Shown in pieces: positions 41,951 to 54,196 of a stretch of DNA of 64,000 nt; the stretch's first letter is position 1; each line of letters opens with the position of its first letter. The notes beneath the pieces are model-generated. The model searched no databases, had not been told where the DNA came from, and worked only from the letters and a program-made list of their open reading frames with translations. Made by a program: the position numbers and the translations under genes. The DNA is from Octopus sinensis (taxonomy: Eukaryota): the NCBI RefSeq assembly GCF_006345805.1, contig NC_042997.1:120652001-120716000 (forward strand), written 5' to 3'.

Positions 41951-42564
41951 TGAATATAAAGACTTATTAAATGTATTATGAAGTTTTTAGTATTCTCGAT
42001 AAATTATTCGCATAAATGTTTATGTTAAATTATTAAACAATTTATGCATCATTAGAATTAATAGCTGTATGTGTAGACATGTTCTTATTGCCAACATTAT
42101 ATACATATGTAACACATTAATTATCAAATAAATGGATATAATATTTCTGAAAATATTGTATGATTTAAATTCCGAATTTTAATTCTATAACTTCAATTCT
42201 ATGTATGTTAAACTTAACCAGAAAAATTCTTGATACCTGTATCATATTTTCTAATCGTCAATAAAAATAATCATTACACATTTGTATTTTTTTTTCAAAT
42301 TTAATAATTACTTAAACTTTATTTTATGGGGACATTTAATGTTTTCGGTGCATTGAAATAAACCTCGTTGTATACATGATTTCTGAGTTGAAAATTATCT
42401 CCGAAAGAAGATGTTTCCAACTTCAGCATATCATTATAGATTATCTTTGAATATAATGATGAGGGACTTGTTGCGGTCGAAGTATGTTAAAAGTGCATGA
42501 AATTTATTAAATATTTAATTTATTAAATATATATTAAATATATTAAATATTTAATTTATTTATA

Positions 42565-43010
42565 GGCGCAGGAGTGTATTTTTGATAAGTAGCTTTGCTA
42601 CCAACCACATGCTTCCAGCTTCAGTCCCAAAGTGTGACAACTTGGGCAAGAGTCTTCTACTATAACCTCGGGCCGACTAAAGCCTTGTGAGTGGATTTGG
42701 AAGACGGAAACTGAAAGACGCCCATCGTATATATGTATATCATGTACTCTTTACTCTTTTTACTCTTTTACTCGTTTCAGTCATTTGACTGCGGCCATGC
42801 TGGAGCACCACCTTTAGTCGAGCAAATCGACCCCGGGACTTATTCTTTGTAAGCCCAGTACTTATTCTATCGGTCTCTTTTGCCGAACCGCTAAGTGACG
42901 GGGACGTAAACACACCAGTATCGGTTGTCAAGCAATGCTAGGGGAACAAACACAGATACACAAACATACATACACACACACACATATATACACATATACA
43001 TATATATATA

Positions 43011-43041
<31 letters not shown>

Positions 43042-43214
43042 CATATATACGACAGGCTTCTCTCAGTTTCTGTCTACCAAACCCACTCACAAGGCATTGG
43101 TCGGCCCGGGTCTATAGCAGAAGACACTTGCCCAAGATTCCACGCAGTGGGACTGAACCCGGAACCATGTGGTTGGTTAGCAAGCTACTTACCACACAGC
43201 CACTCCTGTATATG

Positions 43215-43257
<43 letters not shown>

Positions 43258-43516
43258 GTGTGTGTGTATCTGTGTGTGTGTATGTGTGTGTATGTGTGTG
43301 TGTGTGTTTGTGTGTCTGTGATTGCCCCCACACCCCAACATCTCTTGACAATCGGTGCCGGTGTCTTTACAGCCTCGGAAATTACCGGTACGTCAAAAGA
43401 GACCAAATAGAATAAATACTAGGCTTACAAAAATAAGTTCTGGTGTCGATTTGTTCGACTAAAGGCTGTGTTCCAGCATGGCCGCAGTGAAATGACTGAA
43501 ACGAGTAAAAGAGTAA
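42565..43516 (+). mobile_element. SINE family A (outer, plus) split by an inserted minus-strand copy
   Basis: Head 42565-42740; tail ~43300-43516 ending CAGCATGGCCGCAGTGAAATGACTGAAACGAGTAAAAGAG. Confidence 0.85.
42745..43208 (-). mobile_element. SINE family A (inner, minus), full length
   Basis: Minus: CAGGAGTGGCTGTGTGGTAAG...CCTCACTGC-like body...GGTGCTCCAGCATGGCCGCAGTCAAATGACTGAAAC(GAGTAAAA)n. Confidence 0.9.
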
Positions 43517-45454
43517 TTATTTATTTCACAGACTATTTCAAATAAAAGCTGAACGAAGTGAATTTTTAATTAATATTGATCAAGTATATAATGACCCGGC
43601 ATTTTACAAATTGTAATTCTAGTGTGTTTATACACAAAGAATGAGTTGAAATTCATGACATGGTATCTTTGTTGTCTAGTAAAATTTAGCTTGAAATATG
43701 TTATTCAACGGGCTAGGCCTTTTGTTATCACACTTTTATGTTATATGAGTGAGTTATCGATGATATTTCAAAAGGTTTAACCCATCAAAAAGAGATACCC
43801 TCATTGGATCATAGATCTAGGCAGTTAGGATTACAATAGTGCTCATTGCTAAATCTCAGCTCCTGGCACACAATATATAATATTTAATGTTATTGATAGG
43901 CGTGCCGTCTATCAAGGTATGTAACAAAGAAATTTATGAGCAATCGATATAGCGCGCTGGTATACTTAACATAACACTAGAAAGTATAAAAAGTCAACAA
44001 TGTGCGTCAGCATAGCTTTCCACTTACTAGCAATGGGAATCAAATCTCCCACAAATGATAACCTATTGTGTTAGTAACAAAAGCAGACTTTAGTTAAAGT
44101 ATTCAGTGATATTCTGTGCGTGAAGTAAAACCAAGATAGATTGGGTAGAACGACATTGATGTATAGTTCTGCTTAAATGTAAACCAAATAAGACCAACAA
44201 ATACAAATATAAAGAAATCATTGAATTTTTGCTGTGAATGTCGACAAATTTATACATAATCTGAGTCTGTGTTTATGTTTGTATGTAAATGTGTGTGTTT
44301 ACGCATCTGTGCGTGAATATGTATGTCAATGCGGTTGTGTAAGCCAATAAGTCAGGTGAATGATTAATGTAGTTCCTTTAGCCATAAATGACTTCAAAAT
44401 CTATTAACCATTGTATGTTATTAATCTATTAATTAGCTTTGCGCCATTCCTATTATTTAACGGCATGTTTGGTGAGACGACTAAGGAGTGTAGAATACTA
44501 ACTTTACATTTAAACAATAATTGCAGAAACGTTGTTTGACCGAGTCTGCATAAACATTCGTTGTTATCTCTCGAATTGCAGAATTAAAGTTAGTTAGTGC
44601 GTAAGAGTGCGAGCGAATAAACCAGTCAACAGAATCATAAATTTGTTTGTTCGCATTACAGTCTAGCTCTGCTGTTGTTGTCAGCTGCAGGTTAGGCGTG
44701 CTGGAGCATAAATATGATCAAACATACCGGTATTCCAGTCATATAATTCTCTCATGTTAACGTATCTAAGTCTTCTTTTACAGGGACACGTTTTGCTTAG
44801 ACACGTTCGTTGTGTGTATTTAAAGTAATTAAGCTGACATTTGTGGCAAAGCCGGCAAGCAGAGCCTGTGAGTTCAAAAAGCGAGGGATTAAATGTGTTG
44901 GTGTACGGTATTATATGTGTCTTACTATGAATATTAGGGACTCGGATAACGCAATGCTCTGAGAATATGTTTGCTTTGTAGTTAGTACATTGTGGCGGAA
45001 CAATGAATATTATATCAGCTAACAGAAATTGCTATTAGATCTATGAATATTGTTGTTGATGATGTTCTTGGTGCTACAGTAGTTTAGCCCCCACCTTTGG
45101 TAAGATATAATCGACAGATCGATCACCAAAGAAATTTTAGCCGTATGAACCCTGTTTTCCTCATTGACAAGAAACACAAAATTGATAGAAACGAATTCTT
45201 TCGTAAAGCGGTTTATTAGGACTCGAGGGAGATTTATTTGCTATTTCATGTAGTTCTAGGGTTCCTGCAGTATTTTACTCTTGCACGAGTATGGAGGAAG
45301 TTGGAGTGAATGTCAAATTATTTGCTAATCCTTTTTTTGCCGGTTCTCCCCTTTGGTATATTATAATCCCAGACAAAATTAATAATCCCAATCATGAATA
45401 TGGTTAACGAAATATGATCAAAACGTGCAATCTGACTTCTTTTCTTATATTGTT

Positions 45455-45665
45455 TTCAAAGTTTTGCTCCAGACCAGCAGTTTGCGGGTAAGGGCTAAGT
45501 CAGTCAAATGGTCCCCAGTACTCAGCTGGTACTTATTTTATCGACCTTGAAATGATGACAGGCAGAGTCAACCCCAGCGGAATTTGAACATAGAATGTAG
45601 CGACGGACGGAATGCAGCTAAGCATTTTCTTCGGCGTGCTGACGGTGCTAGCAGATCACCGTCTT
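45455..45665 (-). mobile_element. SINE family C
   Basis: GGTACTTATTTTATCGACC..GGCAGAGTCAACCCCAGCGGAATTTGAAC..GCATTTTCTTCGGCGTGCTGACG. Confidence 0.75.
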
Positions 45666-45699
45666 CTCTTTTCCTTACTTTAATATCTACAGGAGGAAT

Positions 45700-46550
45700 T
45701 ACAACCGTGTTTCGTGGTTTGCTACCACAACAGCTCCTTTATAGGATCCAGTTAGCTCAAGACATCATCAGGAGGAACCACGTCCGGGTTCGGCCCCTAT
45801 TCCTCTACCGTTTTCACGTGCCCCCCCCTTCGGAGGTGTCTTCAGCTCTGGTGTTGGGTGCATGTCTTCTTTCTTCTTTCTTCTGTTCTCTAGCCTCTTC
45901 GATGTATCGCCAGCGAGTGTCAGCCTGTGACTGACTGACTTATTCGACAATGCATGTTTATTTTTTTGATACGGCAATATGGTGTCATTTAGAGACGATC
46001 TGGAATGCTCTTGCCGTTGATTATCGTTTACAATGTATGAGTATTTCAATGTTTTGTTGAGTTCATAATAATTCCGTGTAAACCAGCCTACGTAGGAAAC
46101 AATTTTGGCAATGCATTGTCAAGAGAAAGAAAGTTTACAGCAAACCTCAGTCTCTCTGGCTAAAATGGCTTCACGTTTTAAATCCTCCTCTATTTCTTTT
46201 CATTACTGTAACTGTACAGTTTGAAATTTTATGTAGATGTTTTTATTTTCGAGAATAAATTCCCTCGAGTGCTGCATTAGCAATATTTCATAATTTTCTC
46301 CAAAGGATTTGCCACTCTCAAGAAATAGTGTGAATTTCCAAGTGAATACATTATTGATGACTGCTACTTCAATTTGTTTTCCGGTTAAAGTAGGGGAATA
46401 TTGCTGAACCAATACAGCTCTCCTAATTTTAGGTGAAATGCATTCAACGCAGATTTATAAAATCAATTTTCTAAAATGGAAATATCTCGCTGTATTGCAG
46501 TTCAGAATGTTAAAGCTTGTGCTAATTTCGTACAGCGAGGGCTTAAGCAT
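45700..46550 (-). pseudogene. Decayed ~280-codon reading frame of unknown origin
   Basis: One minus frame stays in phase from ~46550 to 45768 with only four stop positions, joining track ORFs 46203-46412 and 45768-46049; no family recognised. Confidence 0.35.
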
Positions 46551-47357
46551 TTTATGATCAGACAAAAGAAGAGCTTATTTATATGTAGTAATTCTTGTAT
46601 ATTTTATATGTCGCTTTCATTTACGCCTATACGGCTTGAATAGTAATTGCTAGTCAATAGGAATTTTGTAACAGATTTGATACTACTCACATTATTCTCC
46701 TCCCTTCATATAAATGAATATTCTGTTGTTATTCTTGAAACTGTTTTAAAATAACATGAATTTTACAGATATACACATACATAAAGGTACAAACACGAAC
46801 ATACGCACACACGCATACACACACATATATACACACGCATATACGTATAAGTATGGATATGAAAATTTATGAACGCGCTTGCTTCTTTCTCTTATCGCCC
46901 TGCACGCCAGCTGTAAAACACATTAAGTGCAGAAACTTGACGACGCCGTGAAACGTTGCCGTTGATATATGGGCACACATTTACCTAATATATTTCCTAT
47001 CTGGATGAAGCGTTGCTATTTAGCTATAGCACATACATATAGATTCGTTAAAGAACCCCTGTTTCGTAAATAGTTTCAGAGAACTTTCATTTAATACGTT
47101 TATCGATTAATTGAATAGGGATCACACTTGTAAATCATCGCTCGAATTTCTCTTACGTATTTAAAATTTCTAAAATCTTTAACAAAAATTTGTAACTAAA
47201 TAAATTACTCATTAGAATAAGAGGAAGTATTTTCAATGGCACAGGATTTTATCGATTTCAGATACACTCACACACGCGCACACACACATACATATACAAG
47301 CATATACATATATATATATTTACACGCACACACACACACACAACACACACACACACG

Positions 47358-47389
<32 letters not shown>

Positions 47390-47436
47390 TACATATACAA
47401 GCATATACATATATATATATATATATATATAATATA

Positions 47437-47468
<32 letters not shown>

Positions 47469-48321
47469 GTTCGCTTGGTTTGTTCTTGGAAGTTCGTGTC
47501 ACCTGATATTCTACTATTATAACAAATTGCTAATTAAAACATGGCCTTACTATCTGAGCCGAATTTTTGCATATACAGTATATTATCTGGAAAAGGAGTA
47601 TCGGTTAAATATCCGCGTATATTCTTAATAGGGGTATATTCGAAATTCATTTAATATCCGATTGTTTATTTCTCAATGACTTTCACTATTAACGTCTCAG
47701 TCCTTATTGAGTACATTCAATCAATAAATTCTTGGATTATACAATTACACTACTCTCAGTCAGCCCCACGGACTGCTTCATATATTATATGAATGCATAA
47801 AACAAAGGCGATATCATGCTTCCACTTTGATAAGCAAAATTATCGAAGTAGTTCTGTACTCGTATAATAGGCGTCGTATAGTTGGCTGCTTGTAGAACAC
47901 ATCTTAAAGCTCAACTACGCGATAAGGGTACACTAAACTGCATTATATACTCTTCAAAGAAACTTATAAAATCTAAGACTACAGGTGTCTTATATGAGAC
48001 GAGAAATAAACGATTTCGGCGAAAAACAAATCGATATCTATTCCATATAAAACAGCTATGGAAATTGCATATGCACACATATGTGTGCACATTGTTCATT
48101 ACACACCCACACATACTCTCTAATTTTCTTTATGTGTACATATATATATATATATGTGTATGTGTATCTGTTATTAAATGAGAGTCTGTGTGTGCTTGTA
48201 TACACAAACAAATATATACATTTATACATATATGTAGATTTATAACATACTCATATATGTATATACATATGTGTGTGTATATGTATTAGTGTGCATGCAT
48301 GCGTGGGTGAGTGGCTATGTG

Positions 48322-48470
48322 CAGGCTTAGGTGTGGCTGTGTGTTAAGAAGCTTGCTTCCCAACCACATGGTCCCGGCTTCTATCCCTCGAGGGCAAGTG
48401 TCTCCTAACATAGCGTAGGGCCAAATAAAGTCTTGAGGTGATTTGGTAGACGGAAACTGAAAGGAGCACG

Positions 48471-48505
<35 letters not shown>

Positions 48506-48835
48506 TGTATGTGTGTGTGCGTGCGTGCGTGTATGTGTGTGTATAATAAAATATCATAATAATATATATATATTCCGATTCCGTCCGTATCTTACAAATC
48601 CTTTTGGGTTATTTATATATATAGTATGTGTGTGTGTGTCTTTATGTCTGTGTTTCTGTGCTTGTACCCCAACCCCGTCATCACTTGATAGCCAGTGTCG
48701 GTGTGTTTACGTCCGTGTAGATTAGCGGTACTAGGCTTTAAAAACGTCTTGTAGTCGACGTGTTCGACTAAAATTTTCAAGGCGTTGCTCCAGCATGGCC
48801 ACAGTCAAATGACTAAAACTAGTAAAAGAATAAAA
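48322..48835 (+). mobile_element. Degenerate SINE family A
   Basis: GTGGCTGTGTGTTAAGAAGCTTGCTTCCCAACCACATGG head; GATTTGGTAGACGGAAACTGAAAG; tail GCTCCAGCATGGCCACAGTCAAATGACTAAAAC. Confidence 0.85.
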
Positions 48836-49944
48836 CATATATATGTGGGGATGAAGTGTGAGAGAATTAAACTATCAGAATTTTACTCTCAAACAGTTTC
48901 TTCGTAAAAGTATTGTGATATCAATAAGAACGTTTTGGGACTCATCAACTCGCGCGTTTGGTTGCATCTCTTCATGGAGTGAGGAGGGTGGATTACCGCT
49001 ATTGGACATCGACCATTCATTCAAGTAAATAGCCTGTTTCTGCATTTATGTGAATGTTGTTTGACTGTACAGGCACATGAAGGCATGTTGTCATTATAGG
49101 GAGAATCAGCATGTGATACGACTGTGCTTATTCAATTCACTCAATTGACTTCTATAGACTGTTTCTCTTTCCATAATCAGTCATAAACTGTGGTTACAGA
49201 AATCATATTTTTGCAAATCCTTTGCAAGATAAATGCTGTGTGGACGCCCCCCAGACGATGAAGTAGACTAGCCCAATACGTAGATATAGAGGGAGAAGTC
49301 TTGACGTCAATAGAGCACAGTCGAGTAGTAGACTAGTGAGTAGGGTAGAGCATAGTTGAGTAGAAGGCATCCGAACGTGCGACGTAACAATAAACGAATC
49401 TGGAGTCTCAAAGATGATCAGATTTCAACTGTATTTGATATGCAACTGTATGGAAAATAGCTTTTAATACATGCATGTTTTGCAATTTGCTGCTGTCTTT
49501 TCAGCTTTGAACTAGGACCTAACTTCGCAAATAAGGATTTGTGAACGACTTGTATTTTTCGGTCCACTTGTTTCACTTGTTTGGACTTGTTGAACATTTG
49601 GAGGACAAGTTATATGAAATATATCAGGCATTTTCCAGATTTATATCGTTCTAATCGTCTATCATGTGCATCGTATTGCAGTATGAATATTGAGTGTATC
49701 CTGTGTAGCTCTTAGTACGAGCTCTACTCTCGGTATCACAAAAGCCTTATTTTTTTACACCATGCAAAACAGTAAATTAAGTTCCTTCCTTTTAGGACCC
49801 GTGCTAAACAATTATTTCGACATATAAAATAAAGTTTAGGATATTTGACGAGTTTCTCCGTTACGTAGATTTCATTAATAGATGTGTGGTAAAGGTTGAT
49901 CATTAATCACAATTTAACCAGGCACTTCGCTAATTACTATACAG

Positions 49945-49985
<41 letters not shown>

Positions 49986-49988
<3 letters not shown>

Positions 49989-50817
49989 CAATTAAGGACA
50001 ACTTCTTAATAAGGAAAACTTAACAAGAAATTATCGGGTAGATAGCGTGAAAAAACCTCATAAAAGAAAAAATTTCGAAAATAATTCTTTCTTATTGAAC
50101 ATATTAATTTATATATAGAGGGCATTATTATACATACATGCCACACGCTAAGAGGGACAAAATTAGTCATTTCTACCAAAAATTTTACTAATCCCACCGA
50201 ATGCAATTTTTCAAAGTAAGACATTTAAAAATATGGACTTGTATCACCTGTAATTTCATACCTCTGTATTCATCAGCAAGTCTGGATGTATCATAAATAA
50301 ACGAACCCACCTCATCCAAGCCTAGCAGCTAACTGATCGACTCCAACGAAGCACATGGGTTGGTTTACATATATTACATCCGGTAAATGGCATTTCGGGA
50401 ATGGAAAAGTTTTTTCACGCTATCTACCCGATAATTTCTTGTTAAGTTTTCCTTATTAAGAAGTTGTCCTTAATTGCTAAATTTTTATTCCGAAAAAACT
50501 TTTCCTTTCCCGAAATGCAATTCGTAAAAGTCTGCCATTTACCGGATGTAATATATGTAAACCAACCCATGTGCTTCGTTGGAGTCGATCAGTTAGCTGC
50601 TAGGCTTCGCTGAGGTGGGTTCGTTTATTTATGATACATCCAGACTTGCTGATGAATACAGAGGTATGAAATCACAGGTGATACAAGTCCATATTTTTAA
50701 ATGTCTTACTTTGAAAAATTGCATTCGGTGGGATTAGTAAAATTTTTGGTAGAAATGACTAATTTTGACCCTCTTAGCGTGTGGCATGTATGTATAATAA
50801 TGCGTTCTATATATAAA
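49986..50817. repeat. Interleaved double inverted repeat A-B-A'-B' (foldback/MITE-like)
   Basis: A 49986-50056 and A' 50409-50479 are a perfect 71-bp inverted pair; B 50108-50416 and B' 50492-50817 are an inverted pair with a few mismatches and a 17-bp indel. Confidence 0.9.
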
Positions 50818-50944
50818 AAATATATATATATATATAACAATATATGTATATATATATGTATATAAATATATATATGTAATATATATATATATATTATATA
50901 TATAATATATATATATATGTATATATATATGTATATTATAAATG

Positions 50945-51008
<64 letters not shown>

Positions 51009-51207
51009 ATCTCAATATATGTATATATATGTATATATATATAATATATGTTATATATATATATATTATATATATATAATATATATATATATATATGTAT
51101 AATATATATATAAATATATGTTTTTGATTGATTGATTGATTCTATTTCAGCTTATGAGCTGTGGCCATGGGGGGCACCGCCATTTGGTGTTGCTACTTGG
51201 TTTCACT

Positions 51208-54196
51208 TCATGGAGGCTTTCTAGCAACTGCTATTTGGTGCATGAGAGAGTTCGATGCAGCTGCCCTCATCTGCCCCTCCTGCCGTGAAGTTGGTTCATC
51301 TGGGACACCTGACGTGAAGAGATCCAGCTTCATTTTAAAGACATCTGTATCCACCCCATGCAGGTCTCTCAGGTTCTTCGGGAGGATATTGAAGAGCTGT
51401 GGGCCTCGGAAGCCCAGGCTATCACAGAATCTTGTCCTACATCTTGATGGCAGGTTTGGAGTCCTAGGCACCACGCAGTGGCGCCCAGTTCTGGCATTTG
51501 CGTAACTCTCGATGCCAAAGTTCAGAACACTTCCCTCCAGGATCTTCCAGATGTATATTATGGCATATCTTTCCCGCCTACGCCAGAGAATATAATTTTA
51601 ATCTCTTGAGTCTTTCCCAGTAGCTTACATTCTGCATAGAGGCTATCTTCTTTGTGTAGCTTCGTTGGATCGCCTCAAGTTCTGTGATCAACTTGACACT
51701 GGATGGTGACCATAGCTGAGAGCAATAGTCAAAGTGGCTTAGGACAAGTGTCTTCCAGAGGACCATCATGGTTTTTTGTTCTCTTGTTCTAAAGGTTCTA
51801 AGAACCCATCCAGCCAGCCGTCTACAGTTCATTGTCAGTTTAGCAACATGTACATGAAAGGTCGCGTCATCACTCATGTGAATACCCAGGTCACGCACTG
51901 ATTGTGCTCTGGGATTGCAATCCCTCCGGGTCCAGTGTATTCATTGGTATTGCATTCAGTTTTGCATGCTGATAGTATAAAGCTTGAAACTTTCCAGCAT
52001 TGAACTGCATGCTATTCTTTTCAGCCCACTGTATATTTCGTCCAGCTCACATTGCAGGTGTTTAGTGTCCTCAGGGTTCTGTATTGCCTGTGAAACTTTT
52101 GTATCATCTGCATAACTTGTGATCGTGGCTCTCTGCGTGGCTGAGGGCATGTCTGAGAGGGCCATTATGAACAGTAGTGGTCCCAGAACAGTGCCCTGCG
52201 GAACACCGCTCACTATTTGTGTGTTAATGGAGGTGGCCCCATTGGCTACTACCACCTGACTTCTATCCTTCAGAAAGTCATGAAGCCATTCTCCCAGTTT
52301 TCCAACTATGTTGAGATCACGCAGTTTGTGACATATCATTCCATGATCGACTTTATCAAAGGCCTTTGCAAAGTCGAGATATATCACTTCCACATTTGAG
52401 TGGTTGAGCAGCCGTTTCAGCACCCAGTCATAGTGTTGTAGGAGCTGAGTTAAACAGCTTCTCCCTGGTCGGAAACCATGTTGGGTGTCGGGCAGCAAGT
52501 CATTCTCTTCAAGGAAGGTGATCAGCTTCCTTCTGACTATTCGTTCCATGACTTGCTGATGTGTGAGGTCAGAGAGATAGGTCTATAGTTCTTGGCTTCC
52601 GCTCTGCTACCTCCTTTATGAATGGGGCATATTTAACCTTCCTTCAGTTTTCCTGGAAGTTTGCCAGCTGCAAGGAAGCTCTGAAAGAGGAACTGCAGTG
52701 TTATTGCTAGGACTCTCTTACATGCTTTTAGGAGGATTGCCGGGAATCCATCCGGGCCAGTAGATGAGTCTGTTTTCATTTCATCTATAGCCTTGGTTAC
52801 ATCGTCTTCCTTATATCGATGATGTAATCTATCGTCGCCGCCTCTGATTTTATATCTGCAGTGGTAAAAAAAGTCAGTGGATGGTTGTGATTTGGAGATG
52901 CCCAAGGGGTGGAGTGAAAACACTCTTGAATTGCTCATTCAGTATTTCACTTACCCTCATTGGTTTTCCTGTAAGTGTGCCATCCTTTTCGAGGAGTGGC
53001 CCTATTCTACAGTGCACTGTAGCTGTTTCTTTGGCATACCTGTAGAAGCTCTGGGGTTAGATTTTATGTTTTCTATAGCCCAGGCTTCTTTGTCTGCTCT
53101 TTCTTTTTCATGGGAGAGTTGCAGACATTTTCGATTTCCAACAGTTTTATTTTTAGGCGGGACTTTTCACTGCTTTCAATCTGTTGTTTAGGCGATTTGA
53201 AAATTTCGTACGCCGTCTCATTAAACTTTTCCTCTCTCTGGGGATTTTGTTCTTGTGTACAGTGGCCTTTCTCTCTGGGACACATTGTAGCATATGGCTT
53301 GCATTACAGACATGAATTGTTGAAGTTTCACGTCGATGTCTGGCGAGGAGAGACATTTAGGCCAGTTTTGTTGAGGATCTCTTTCTCAATTTGTTTCCAG
53401 TTGCCTTATGGTAGTTCAAGCTGGAAAGATTTTGAGGGTTTCTTGTAGGCTGCATGTCCGTGCTCTCTTTTGGCCCGTACATGGTCAGCTCTATCATGTT
53501 GTGATCCGAGAGTAGTGTCGGTGTCACTTTCACATTATGGATGAGATCCATGTCATTTGTGAAGCAGAGATCCAGTGTGTTACCTGCCCTGGTTGGTTGG
53601 AGTATTACCTGCTCCATGTACAGGGTGTTGATGAGGTTCAGGAGGGACCTCGCCTGTCCTCGTTCACATCTTGTCATTCCTGGGAGAGAAAGGCCCTCGG
53701 GCCATCTGACATTGGGCAGATTGAAGTCTCCCATAAGAAGCACACCTATGTGTTGTTCTAATGTGGTTAGAATTTCTTCTATTTTTATAAGGCAGTCTTC
53801 AAACTTGCCCACATGGCTTGCGGCATCTGGAGGGCGATATGTAGCACACACAACTACATCAAGTTGCCTAATATGTACAATTAGTGTGTCACACACCGAG
53901 TTTGAGTATGACAAGAGGACCAGGAGTGTGAGGTCCTCACGGATGTACATAGCAACACCTCCATGACTCCTTTCTTTCCTGTCGGTCCGTAGTACAGCAT
54001 ACTGTGGTATGTGTAACTCCGCATCTGCTATGTCCGGTTTCAGGTACGTTTCTGTAAGTGCTATGCATAAGGCTTGATTGCATGCAACAAAGTCTCTCAG
54101 GAACGGGATCTTTGTCCTGTTACTGAGTGTTTGCAGTCCTCTGATGTTCAGTAGGAGTATCGAGGTGAGGTGTACGTTGTTGCCGGCGGTGTCCAT
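51208..54196 (-). pseudogene. LINE ORF2 (APE endonuclease plus reverse transcriptase), multiply frameshifted in this sequence
   Basis: LLNIRGL, ALTETYL, RTDR..GGVAMYI, YRPP, MGDFNLP, NTLDLCF, SDHNMI; TGPDGFP, QHGFRPGRSCLTQLL, YLDFAKAFDKVDH, SGVPQGTVLGPLLF, YADDTK, RDLGI, DYCSQLWSP, VPDEP..AASNSL. Confidence 0.95.

Noticed and set aside
49237-49430. Possible solo LTR (TGT start, AATAAA)
   Set aside because: No clear terminal inverted repeat, TSD or second copy in the window.
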